Below are positions 26,002 through 37,100 of a stretch of DNA of 64,000 bases, one piece after another (within the stretch, counting starts at the first letter, position 1; the number at the start of each line of letters is the position of its first letter). Origin of the DNA: Nemertoderma westbladi (lineage: Eukaryota > Animalia > Xenacoelomorpha); NCBI GenBank assembly GCA_032718475.1, contig JAUCBJ010008568.1, forward strand, positions 5,792 through 69,791, read 5' to 3'. Below the pieces are notes generated by a model. That model was given only the letters and a program-made list of their open reading frames with translations. It was not told where the DNA came from and did no database searches. The translations under genes and the position numbers were made by a program.

Positions 26002-26077
26002 ATGTACAAGAAAATCAAACATAATTCGTCTGATATCAGAGAATGTTCTCATGCGGGGACGTGGTATAATAGTGATG
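26002..26077 (+). CDS. MEMO1: MEMO1 orthologue, exon 1 (not in the ORF track)
   Basis: MYKKIKHNSSDIRECSHAGTWYNSD matches the MEMO1 R.ASHAGSWY motif; donor G|GTAAGT at 26078, phase 1, compatible with exon 2. Confidence 0.9.
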
Positions 26078-27051
26078 GTAAGTCGATTCCTGTATTCCAG
26101 TATCAGAGTAGGCCTATTCTGGGATTACAGGATTAGGCGTATGGCGTACTTAGTCTGCCAGTTACCAGTCGGTACAGTTCAGCCGGTACCTGTTAGCCAG
26201 GGTTGGCAACCAATGGTTTTTCTCACCATTGGTTTTTTATGGTTTTTTGGTTTAACCAACTTTTAAAAAAAGGCGAAAAAATTGGTTTTTTATGGTTTTT
26301 CATAAAATTTTACAATTACCGGTAACGCTGTAAATAATATAAAGCAGACTGCACCCGACAGCCCGACTGGTAGTCGCGTTTCTTTTTCATTTTGCACTGT
26401 TCACTGTTAGAATGAAAAAATTTCGAACACTTTGACTGTTTGAGTTTTGCTCGCGTTTCTTTTTCATTTTGCACTGTTAGGGCCTACATGTAGAAGGAAA
26501 AAATTTCTCTCACTTTGAGTTTTGCTCGCGTTTCTTTTTCATCTGTTCATTTTGCAATGTTAATGAAAAGGTTTTGCTCGCTTCGCTGGCGTATGTTTCT
26601 CGTTCTGTCGTTTACATTGTTAAAATGTGGTGTGCGCGTTTTTTTTTGGTGCATGCGCGGTATATTGTCCAATATTGCGCGGCTGAAAAATTGTGCGCAG
26701 GCGTTGTGCGCGGCTCAGTGGTCTGGTGGTGGTTTGCAGCCTGGCGTGCAGTGGAGCAGTCACTGCTCCATTGCACCTCAGCTCCTCAGCAGTGCAGACG
26801 TCTGGACGTTGGTATGTATTTTTACGTTGTATGTTGTTAGTAGTTTGTCACATGCTCATGCTGACATGGGCTGATGGTGGATGGGTTGGATGAGAGTAAT
26901 TACAGAACAGAACAGCAGAAGAAACGCTTCAAACCAGCATACTGTATGTGGCCTTATTCAGTTATTCCAGTATTTTGTTCTATTGGGCAAGCGCAAGGGT
27001 TGTACTGTCAGACTGTTGTAGGTAGGTCCTACATTTGTATGTATTGCTATA

Positions 27052-27618
27052 TTGGATTTAATTGGCCTTGGAAGACAGGTGAACAATAATAATATCAGAA
27101 ACGGTAGGCCTGCCGGTAGGCCTACTGGTTCTGGAGGTACTGCACATAGTAGTCATCGCAGTATTCCCCGCTTGTTGAAAGTGTCTTTTAGTTCAGAGCA
27201 CGAGGCCAAATTATTTCGCGAGTATTTTGATTCAGCTAGAAAGGATCAAGGTGACTTTGAATTCTCCGACTTGAAAGTTCGACCGAGCCTCAGTTTATCT
27301 ACACGTAAGCTGGTTCAGGAACGTCGTAAGACTATATTCCAATGGAATAATAGTCATAATGTTGGCAACGTATCAGATCGGACTACGAGTTTCAGTGTTC
27401 GTGATAATGGCGACGTTTGGAAGTTCATCAAGGAGGTTGAGGGGGGTACCTGGAAGCGCGATCGATCGTGGCACTTCAACCCCGCTAGTCCGAATCCGAC
27501 CTCCCTGGATCAACCTTCTCCAACTCTTCCTGCTTCCATGCAACCGATTATCGCTACGCCAACACCTTCTCTGCGGGCTCCGGTCATTCCGGACACTCAT
27601 AGTCAGGGAAACTGCTAA
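27052..27618 (+). CDS. CR1 LINE ORF1, C-terminal part (5' end truncated or uncertain)
   Basis: PRLLKVSFSS...LKVRPSLS...ERRK resembles a CR1 ORF1 C-terminus; ends QGNC* overlapping the ORF2 frame. Confidence 0.7.
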   Translation: MDLIGLGRQVNNNNIRNGRPAGRPTGSGGTAHSSHRSIPRLLKVSFSSEHEAKLFREYFDSARKDQGDFEFSDLKVRPSLSLSTRKLVQERRKTIFQWNNSHNVGNVSDRTTSFSVRDNGDVWKFIKEVEGGTWKRDRSWHFNPASPNPTSLDQPSPTLPASMQPIIATPTPSLRAPVIPDTHSQGNC

Positions 27619-30455
27619 AGGGAGAAGATCTAACTAACAAACCATCAAAAGCAGGACTTTCTAACCCGTGGTTAAAATGTGCGTGTATAAATGCGCGTTC
27701 CCTTAAAAACAAACTTCCTGAGTTCGAAAATTTGTGTGATGCTTTGTACGACATAGTTGGTGTCACCGAAACTTGGTTAGATGCTACTGTTACAGACGCC
27801 ATGCTTTCGCGTGCGGATAAATACAAAGTTTATCGTAATGATCGCCCATCTCGTGGAGGAGGTGTAGCCCTTTTAATCCATAACTCGATTAAATGCTCCC
27901 GTGTTCTGATACCCCAAATATTTAACGATGTCGAGATTATCGCTGTTGACCTTCTCGGAAATGTTCCCAGTCGTATTGTATGTGTATACAGAAGTACTAG
28001 TCTTTCACCTGACCAGTCGGACATTTTGTATGGTTGCCTATCTAGTCTGTGTGACATTGACCGGCCCTGCGTAATAATGGGCGATTTTAATCTACCAGAT
28101 TTTGATTGGGTTGAACTATCTCATCCGGACTCACAAATATATAATTCATGTTCTAATTTTGTTTTAGAATCTGGTCTTTCTCAACTTCAATTAGAGCCAA
28201 CGCGCTTAGATAATGTCCTAGACCTAGTTTTCTGTTCGGAAGACTTACATGTATCTTGTGTTTCAGTAATTGAAAATTTTTCTACTAGTGATCATGCTAC
28301 AGTTTGTTTTAATATTATTTCCCCACATGAGTTAATTCAGCGAGATTGCATTGGTTTTCATGACTTTTCTAACTGTGACTATAACAAATTTTCGTCATAT
28401 TTACAAAATATCAATTGGACTATCGAATTTCAATTATGTAACACTATAGATGATTTCTGGTGCAAATTTACAAGTATACTCAAAGTAGGTATTGATAATT
28501 GTGTGCCTTTCAAATCTATTAATCCTAATAAGAAAGCATACCCGGTTTATGTAAAGCAACTTCAGAATAATAAAAAGAAACTGTGGCGCCGCAGGCACAC
28601 AGTATCTGGCAGAGCAGCTTACACTAAGGCTGCTAAAGCTGCTTCTCAGGGTGCATTCCGGGCTGCCTGCGCCAAAGAATGTAAAATTCTCAGCTCAGGA
28701 AGTCCGGAAGCAGTCTTTAAGTACACTAACTCACGAAAACGCAATAAAGCGGGTATTGCACCATTACAGTACAATGGTAATACTGTAGTTGATGATGTTA
28801 CTAAAGCTAATATATTTTCAATGGTACTCTCGCAAAACTTCAGTGAGGACAATGGGTCTATCCCACCATTTCCTAGAAAAGTACATTCTAGCGCCCAGTT
28901 ATCTGATATAAATTTTGAACCTGCAACTATTTTAACAATGCTGAGAAAACTGAAAGGCAAGACAAGCCGTACTCCGGATGATCTGCCAAGTATTTTATTT
29001 TCTAAACTTGCATTATTTTTAGCTGTGCCTTTATCAGTTATTTTTAATATATCATTTGCTTCCAATGCTCTGCCATCTGTTTGGCGTACTGCTTTAGTTA
29101 TTCCATTGTACAAGAAAGGCGATCCTTCGGACCCTTATAATTATAGACCTGTATCACTAACTTGTATAGCCTGTAAACTTATGGAAATGTGCATTAAAGT
29201 AGAGTTAACTAAGTATCTTTTAGAACATAAATTGATATCAAAATCTCAGCATGGGTTCCTACAGCGTAGATCTACTTGTACGCAATTATTAGAGTGTATC
29301 ACCGACTGGACACAACTGCTTGATAATCGTAAGAATATTGATATTGTATACATTGATTTTGCTAAAGCTTTTGATTCGGTGGTGCACTCTAAGCTTTTGG
29401 CAAAACTGTCTTCATATGGTATCTGCGGCAATTTACTAGGTTGGATTGGTGCATTTTTGGCTAACAGAACTCAACGAATAGTGGTTGGTAATTGTTTTTC
29501 TGAAATTTGCAAGGTTACTTCAGGCACTCCCCAAGGTAGTGTTCTGGGACCTGTCCTGTTTCTGATTTTTATAAATGACCTTCCGGTGCTATTAGACTCT
29601 GTTACAGTTAAACTATTCGCTGATGACGTTAAACTATATTCTCCTGTTGTCGCTAATTGCAGTAATGCTAATCTTATTTCACAATCGCTTAACACGTTAG
29701 GTAACTGGGCTATCAGTTGGCAGTTAGGAGTGGCTGCCCATAAGTGCTCAGTTATACACATTGGTATTACAAATCCTTTGTTAACTTATTCACTCAATGA
29801 CAAGCCGATTAAATCAGTTTCTCATTGTAAAGATTTAGGTATTACTGTGTGCGACAACCTTAAGTTCGATAAATATTGTCGTGAACAAGTAGCTAAGGCT
29901 TATAAAATCTCTAACATGATTTTTCGTTGTTTCTATACGAACAACGAAAAGGCATTGCTTTTAGCCTACAAGGCATATGTTAGGCCTTTACTAGAGTATT
30001 GTACTCAAGTATGGTCGCCGTTCACGATGGGTAGTATCGATCTCATTGAAGGTGTGCAACGTTATTATACAAGACGTCTTTATCTTCGGTGCAATCTAGG
30101 TAGGACTAGTTATTTCGAACGATTGAAGCATTTTAAGCTACAACCATTAGAAATTCGCCGTATTATTTATGATCAAAAAATGGTTTTTTCTATTTTACAC
30201 GGTCTGATAGATTTAGCCTTTGATGATTTTTTCTCTTATCCAGTGCGTAGTGGATTGAGAGGACACAACCACAAGCTATTGGTTAACTACAGTAGACTGC
30301 AAATTTCGAAATTTTCGTTTGCCAATCGCGCGATTCCAATATGGAATTCATTAGACGCAACAGTAGTAGATTCAGAGAGCTTACTCTCTTTTTCACGTAA
30401 ATTACTCGATGTTGATTTGCTGCATTTTTGCAAATTTGATAGAAACTTGGCGTGA
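27603..30455 (+). CDS. CR1-clade LINE ORF2, uninterrupted APE endonuclease plus reverse transcriptase
   Basis: Frame open from 27603: INARSLKNK, VTETWL, RGGGV, GDFN, SDH; NYRPVSLT, QHGF, YIDFAKAFDSV, GTPQGSVLGP, FADDVK, RGHNHKL; 3' UTR ends in (TAA)n at about 30828-30845. Confidence 0.95.
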   Translation, partial: SGKLLKGEDLTNKPSKAGLSNPWLKCACINARSLKNKLPEFENLCDALYDIVGVTETWLDATVTDAMLSRADKYKVYRNDRPSRGGGVALLIHNSIKCSRVLIPQIFNDVEIIAVDLLGNVPSRIVCVYRSTSLSPDQSDILYGCLSSLCDIDRPCVIMGDFNLPDFDWVELSHPDSQIYNSCSNFVLESGLSQLQLEPTRLDNVLDLVFCSEDLHVSCVSVIENFSTSDHATVCFNIISPHELIQRDCIGFHDFSNCDYNKFSSYLQNINWTIEFQLCNTIDDFWCKFTSILKVGIDNCVPFKSINPNKKAYPVYVKQLQNNKKKLWRRRHTVSGRAAYTKAAKAASQGAFRAACAKECKILSSGSPEAVFKYTNSRKRNKAGIAPLQYNGNTVVDDVTKANIFSMVLSQNFSEDNGSIPPFPRKVHSSAQLSDINFEPATILTMLRKLKGKTSRTPDDLPSILFSKLALFLAVPLSVIFNISFASNALPSVWRTALVIPLYKKGDPSDPYNYRPVSLTCIACKLMEMCIKVELTKYLLEHKLISKSQHGFLQRRSTCTQLLECITDWTQLLDNRKNIDIVYIDFAKAFDSVVHSKLLAKLSSYGICGNLLGWIGAFLANRTQRIVVGNCFSEICKVTSGTPQGSVLGPVLFLIFINDLPVLLDSVTVKLFADDVKLYSPVVANCSNANLISQSLNTLGNWAISWQLGVAAHKCSVIHIGITNPLLTYSLNDKPIKSVSHCKDLGITVCDNLKFDKYCREQVAKAYKISNMIFRCFYTNNEKALLLAYKAYVRPLLEYCTQVWSPFTMGSIDLIEGVQRYYTRRLYLRCNLGRTSYFERLKHFKLQPLEIRRIIYDQKMVFSILHGLIDLAFDDFFSYPVRSGLRGHNHKLLVNYSRLQISKFSFANRAIPIWNSLDATVVDSESLLSFSRKLLDVDLLHFCKFDRNLA

Positions 30456-32624
30456 TCCTTTTTAACTATTTTTTAATTAATTATTTTGTACTTATTTTTA
30501 ATTCAGATTCGTCATTGTAATTAATTGGTTTTTAGTACCGGTACGGTTTCTGCTTCACTACTGTTTCATTAGTTTTTATTCGCTTTAATATTTAGTTAAT
30601 AGATATAATCAATGTTCCTTGCTTTATTTATAGTGTATTTGCTTTCTTTAATTATTGTTCATACCTTATTTTATATTAATAAGTTTCTGGATTTTTAGTG
30701 TATGGCCCCCATAAGTGCAGTTAAAGCCTGGGCGGTCTTCTCCCCTTTTATAATTACTTATAATTTAGTGCATGCATAATTTATTATGTTTATCGCATCA
30801 ATGTTTATTTTACCATGGTCTGAGTGTTGATAATAATAATAATATAATTAAACCACAGAAAAACCATAAAAAACCGCAAAAAACCATAAAAAACCAAACA
30901 ATAAAACCAAAACCAAAAATTTTTTTTCAAAAAACCATGGTTTTTGCCATCCCTGCTGTTAGCCTTATTCTTATTCTTAATCATCAACATTTACCGCACA
31001 AAGACATGCAATAAATTGAATAATACATAATATTATATACGGTAATAATTGTGGAATACTGGGAGTAAATAAAATAATAATAACTATTACAGTATTATGG
31101 TGTTCACGTCATCATGCATGCAATGTGCAGTAAGTGCAGATGGTGGACAGACGGGTAGTCCCATTACACAGTTACACTATGACTATCCACAATTAGTAAG
31201 TATAAAAAAAAATATGTAAAGAGCTATGTAAAAATTTCAAGTACTGAGCCTACTAATGACTAAGTACCGGTACTGACAGAACTGCAAAATATAAGTTGAA
31301 GTTAAGGTTGGAAGTTTACTAAATCAAATAATGCTATGATACTAGTCTAAAATAAGCTGACAATTATCCTACTGCAGTACTGTGCATGCATGCTAAATAG
31401 ATACTGCAAAATAGGCCTATTTATTATTATAATGTATATGTATAAAAGGAGATATCTGGATGTAGAGCGTACGCGAAATAAATTAAAGTAAATCTAAAGA
31501 TTTGGATACAAGGCCTTGGAGCAACAGCAACCTACGTAGATCCGTGACCATTCAAAAGATGCTGCCATAGTGTTTTTTTAAAAATATTTATTCTGGCGCT
31601 CTGCCTTACAGATGTCGGCACTCGGCAGGCTATTCCAAATCAAAGGGAAACAATATAAATAGATTGCCGACGTATTTTGAGGCAAAACCGTTGATGAAAC
31701 GAATTTTGGTTTGATGATTGGCGCGTGTTATGTGAGTGAACAGCCTGGTGCTGGCATAAGGCTAGGCCTAGTGCTGTAGGCGTAGTGGTCTGGCCAGGTA
31801 CGTATTCAAGGGTATGTTTCCTAGGTACTACTGTAATACCAGAATACAGTTGCTATTTATTTTATATCCTATCTATTTTCTATCCTATCTATTTATTTTC
31901 TGCGCCGAACGCGGCCCCAAGTGCAAAAATTCCAGCGCCGGCTTGGTGCAAAACTACGCCACCAATTAAAAAAAATGCGCTGCAGCGCTGAGCGCAGCAT
32001 CTCTATCATTGACGATGCTACGCTGGCCGCCTCGGCGCAGTATATTCATTGACATTTCTGCGCCAGCCCTATCAGAACCTCACCCGGCGTAGCACATTTC
32101 TGCGCCAGCTCCCGGCACGCAGCGTAACTTGAAATGCTGCGCCAAACAGCCGAACACATGGAAAACTTTTCAATAGGAAATACAGTAGGCCTACTACAGT
32201 ACTAGATGATATGCAGGCTAGCGGCTAGGCCTATGCCTATAATCTGATAATTGCCTATGGTAGGCTATTTCAGTATTTCTGTAATAGAAAAAAACGCGAA
32301 CGAAGCGAGTGAAATCTTTTAAACTGATGGAAAACTACGATGCTATGTGGAATAGACCTTACAAATTTTGAAATTTTTGAAAAAATTCGAAACATTATTC
32401 GTGTGTCTTGGATTTTTCGCATCGTATCGTAATTTCTCAAAATTGCATTCGTACGTTATTGTACCGTATCATGATTCATGAAAAATTGGTTCGTCTCGAA
32501 TCGTCTTTTCGTATCGTATTTTTTCCCTGCGCTACCTGTACTGCGCCCCTTTGGCCTCTCTAAATCTGGAATCACATAAATAACTTTTTCTAACTTCACT
32601 TTATTTCCTTTTCATTCCCATTAG

Positions 32625-32900
32625 CTTCATCGCTCTCACGGCAGTTGGACGGCTGGTTGAATAAAGCTTCAGACAGCGACGCGGAATGTTTGCGTCCAGC
32701 GCGTGCGATTATCGCGCCCCATGCCGGCTACACCTACTGCGGCGACTGTGCTTCCTACGCTTACAGACAGGTGGAGCCCTCCATAGTCCGTAGAGTCTTC
32801 ATACTTGGACCTTCACACCATCGATATCTCTCGAAATGTGCCCTCACTAGCTGTCTCGTTTACAGAACTCCTTTTGGTAATCTACGAATCGACGCCGAGG
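32625..32900 (+). CDS. MEMO1: MEMO1 exon 2
   Basis: Pyrimidine tract and ttag| acceptor; [36 protein letters not shown]; donor G|GTTGGT, phase 1. Confidence 0.93.
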
Positions 32901-33154
32901 GTTGGTATTATTGTTATGGGCTGTCCCTCTAAATCTAAATGTTGTAAATGATTTTATGTACCGGTAGTATTTATTTGTATGTGCGGTAACCTTTTTGCTC
33001 AGTTAGTTTCAATTTATTATTATATATTGTATATTCTTCCAGAGTTCCAGTCTCTGATATTTTCAATTCCCTTTATGCTTTATTTATTTATTTATTTATT
33101 GCTTATTAATATTAATTTTATAATATTGTATATGTGTTTAACATCCATAGATTG

Positions 33155-33289
33155 TATAAATTAATAAGTAATTAAACAGGACTAAGGATGATCCAACTCC
33201 TCCCCGCTGGTGGCGAATTCATTTTTTCCGCTCCATTTGCTATAGAGTTGGATCATCCTTAGTCCTGTTTAATTACTTATTAATTTATA
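33155..33289. repeat. Inverted repeat with 45-bp arms in MEMO1 intron 2 (miniature foldback element)
   Basis: tataaattaataagtaattaaacaggactaaggatgatccaactc and its exact reverse complement at 33245-33289. Confidence 0.85.
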
Positions 33290-33557
33290 TATATTAATTT
33301 ATAAGTTTCGAGAAACGAGCATGTTACAGTGACACGTTATATACTAACCAAAACAAATAAACTAAATACAATTAAACAAATAACTCATATATTTTTGGTG
33401 CTAAGCAACTGTTTTTGCGTCTATTTTCCCCTGGAGAGGAATGTATATTGATTCGGCGAATGTCACCCCCCCCCCCCCCCCCCATTCTGTTCAAGGCTTT
33501 CATGTTGTTTGTTATCAGTTTGTCGTTCAACATTCCATTATCAACCGTTTATTTTAG

Positions 33558-33666
33558 TTTACCAAGCTTTAGAAGCAACTGAGAAGTTTGAAACTATCAG
33601 TAAACAAACAGACGAAGATGAACACAGTATCGAGATGCAGTTGCCCTTTATAGCAAAAGTCATGGA
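33558..33666 (+). CDS. MEMO1: MEMO1 exon 3
   Basis: ttttag| acceptor; YQALEATEKFETISKQTDEDEHSIEMQLPFIAKVM; donor GA|GTTAGT, phase 2. Confidence 0.92.
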
Positions 33667-33900
33667 GTTAGTTAACTACCTTTATATTTATAACGACAAA
33701 TGTATTATTATTAGTAGTTTTATTAGAACATTTAGTATTATTGGATCGTGCTTAAATAAGTTTAATCTGAATATTATTCACAGGAATCAGTTCCTCGCTA
33801 AATGTGATTTATATATTTATCCAGCAACGAGTACCAATGAACGTAACATCTCACAAGTTCGGCTCCCTTTCATGAATTGGACTCAATCTTATTTTTACAG

Positions 33901-34123
33901 GGACTATATTGACCATGTTACCATAGTACCCATTTTAGTTGGGTCTATAAAGCTTGCAGAGGAGCGTTGCTATGGTGCTATATTGGCCCCTTACCTGGCC
34001 GACCCGTCTACTTTATTTGTAATATCTTCGGATTTCTGCCACTGGGGACATCGATTCCGTTATACATATCACGATGCTACTCGTGGTCATATTCACCAGA
34101 GCATCCAACATTTAGATAGAATG
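33901..34123 (+). CDS. MEMO1: MEMO1 exon 4
   Basis: tttttacag| acceptor; TIVPILVG, YLADPSTLFVISSDFCHWGHRFRY, IHQSIQHLDRM; donor ATG|GTGAGT at 34124, phase 0. Confidence 0.93.
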
Positions 34124-37100
34124 GTGAGTCACTTACACCAGAGTATACAACATATAGATAGAATGGTAAGTCACTTACACCAGAGTATACAACATATAGA
34201 TAGAATGGTGAGTCACTTACACCAGAGTATACAACATATAGATAGAATGGTGAGTCACTTACACCAGAGTATACAACATATAGATAGAATGGTGAGTCAC
34301 TTACACCAGAGTATACAACATATAGATAGAATGGTGAGTCACTTACACCAGAGTATACAACATATAGATAGAATGGTGAGTCACTTACACCAGAGTATAC
34401 AACATATAGATAGAATGGTGAGTCACTTACACCAGAGTATACAACATATAGATAGAATGGTGAGTCACTTACACCAGAGTATACAACATATAGATAGAAT
34501 GGTGAGTCACTTACACCAGAGTATACAACATATAGATAGAATGGTGAGTCACTTACACCAGAGTATACAACATATAGATAGAATGGTGAGTCACTTACAC
34601 CAGAGTATACAACATATAGATAGAATGGTGACTCACTTACACCAGAGTATACAACATATAGATAGAATGGTGAGTCACTTACACCAGAGTATACAACATA
34701 TAGATAGAATGGTGAGTCACTTACACCAGAGTATACAACATATAGATAGAATGGTGAGTCACTTACACCAGAGCATCCAACATATAGATAGAATGGTGAG
34801 TCACTTACACCAGAGTATACAACATATAGATAGAATGGTGAGTCACTTACAACAGAGTATACAACATATAGATAGAATGGTGAGTCACTTACACCAGAGT
34901 ATACAACATTTAGATAGAATGGTGAGTCACTTACACCAGAGTATACAACATATAGATAGAATGGTGAGTCACTTACACCAGAGTATACAACATATAGATG
35001 AATGGTTAGTCACTTACACCAGAGTATACAACATAGATAGAATGGTGAGTCACTTACACCAGAGTATACAACATAGATAGAATGGTGAGTCACTTACACC
35101 AGAGTATACAACATAGATAGAATGGTGAGTCACTTACACCAGAGTATACAACATAGATAGAATGGTGAGTCACTTACACCAGAGTATACAACATATAGAT
35201 AGAATGGTGAGTCACTTACACCAGAGTATACAACATATAGATAGAATGGTGAGTCACTTACACCAGATTATACAACATTTAGATAGAATGGTGAGTCACT
35301 TACACCAGAGTATACAACATATAGATGAATGGTTAGTCACTTACACCAGAGTATACAACATATAGATAGAATGGTGAGTCACTTACACCAGTGTATACAA
35401 CATATAGATAGAATGGTGAGTCACTTACACCAGAGTATACAACATATAGATAGAATGGTGAGTCACTTACACCAGAGTATACAACATATGGATAGAATGG
35501 TGAGTCACTTACACCAGAGTATACAACATCTAGATAGAATGGTGAGTCACTTACACCAGAGTATACAACATATAGATAGAATGGTGAGTCACTTACACCA
35601 GTGTATACAACATATAGATAGAATGGTGAGTCACTTACACCAGAGTATACAACATATAGATAGAATGGTGAGTCACTTACACCAGAGTATACAACATATA
35701 GATAGAATGGTGAGTCACTTACACCAGAGTATACAACATATAGATAGAATGGTGAGTCACTTACACCAGAGTATACAACATTTAGATAGAATGGTGAGTC
35801 ACTTACACCAGAGTATACAACATATAGATAGAATGGTGAGTCACTTACACCAGAGTATACAACATATAGATAGAATGGTGAGTCACTTACACCAGAGTAT
35901 ACAACATATAGATAGAATGGTGAGTCACTTACACCAGAGTATACAACATTTAGATAGAATGGTGAGTCACTTACACCAGAGTATACAACATAGATAGAAT
36001 GGTGAGTCACTTACACCAGAGTATACATCATAGATAGAATGGTGAGTCACTTACACCAGAGTATACAACAAATAGATAGAATGGTGAGTCACTTACACCA
36101 GAGTATACAACATAGATAGAATGGTGAGTCACTTACACCAGAGTATACAACATATAGATAGAATGGTGAGTCACTTACACCAGAGTATACAACATATAGA
36201 TAGAATGGTGAGTCACTTACACCAGAGTATACAACATATAGATAGAATGGAGAGTCACTTACACCAGAGTATACAACATATAGATAGAATGGTGAGTCAC
36301 TTACACCAGAGTATACAACATATATATAGAATGGTGAGTCACTTACATCAGAGTATACAACATATAGATAGAATGGTGAGTCACTTACACCAGAGTATAC
36401 AACATATAGATAGAATGGTGAGTCACTTACACCAGAGTATACAACATTTAGATAGAATGGTGAGTCACTTACACCAGAGTATACAACATATAGATAGAAT
36501 GGTGAGTCACTTACACCAGAGTATACAACATATAGATAGAATGGTGAGTCACTTACACCAGAGTATACAACATATAGATAGAATGGTGCGTCACTTACAC
36601 CAGAGTATACAACATAGATAGAATGGTGAGTCACTTACACCAGAGTATACATCATTAGATAGAATGGTGAGTCACTTACACCAGAGTATACAACATATAG
36701 ATAGAATGGTGAGTCACTTACACCAGAGTATACAACATATAGATAGAATGGTGAGTCACTTACACCAGAGTATACAACATATAGATAGAATGGTGAGTCA
36801 CTTACACCAGAGTATACAACATATAGATAGAATGGTGAGTCACTTACACCAGAGTATACAACATATAGATAGAATGGTGAGTCACTTACACCAGAGTATA
36901 CAACAAATAGATAGAATGGTGAGTCACTTACACCAGAGTATACAACAAATAGATAGAATGGTGAGTCACTTACACCAGAGTATACAACATATAGATAGAA
37001 TGGTGAGTCACTTACACCAGAGTATACAACATATAGATAGAATGGTGAGTCACTTACACCAGAGTATACAACATATAGATAGAATGGTGAGTCACTTACA

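Larger units (their letters stand above)
26198..30955. mobile_element. hAT-type non-autonomous element in MEMO1 intron 1, containing a nested CR1 LINE
   Basis: 8-bp target duplication CTGTTAGC (26190-26197, 30956-30963); TIRs cagggttggcaa / ttgccatccctg; subterminal tggtttt/aaaacca repeats. Confidence 0.88.
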
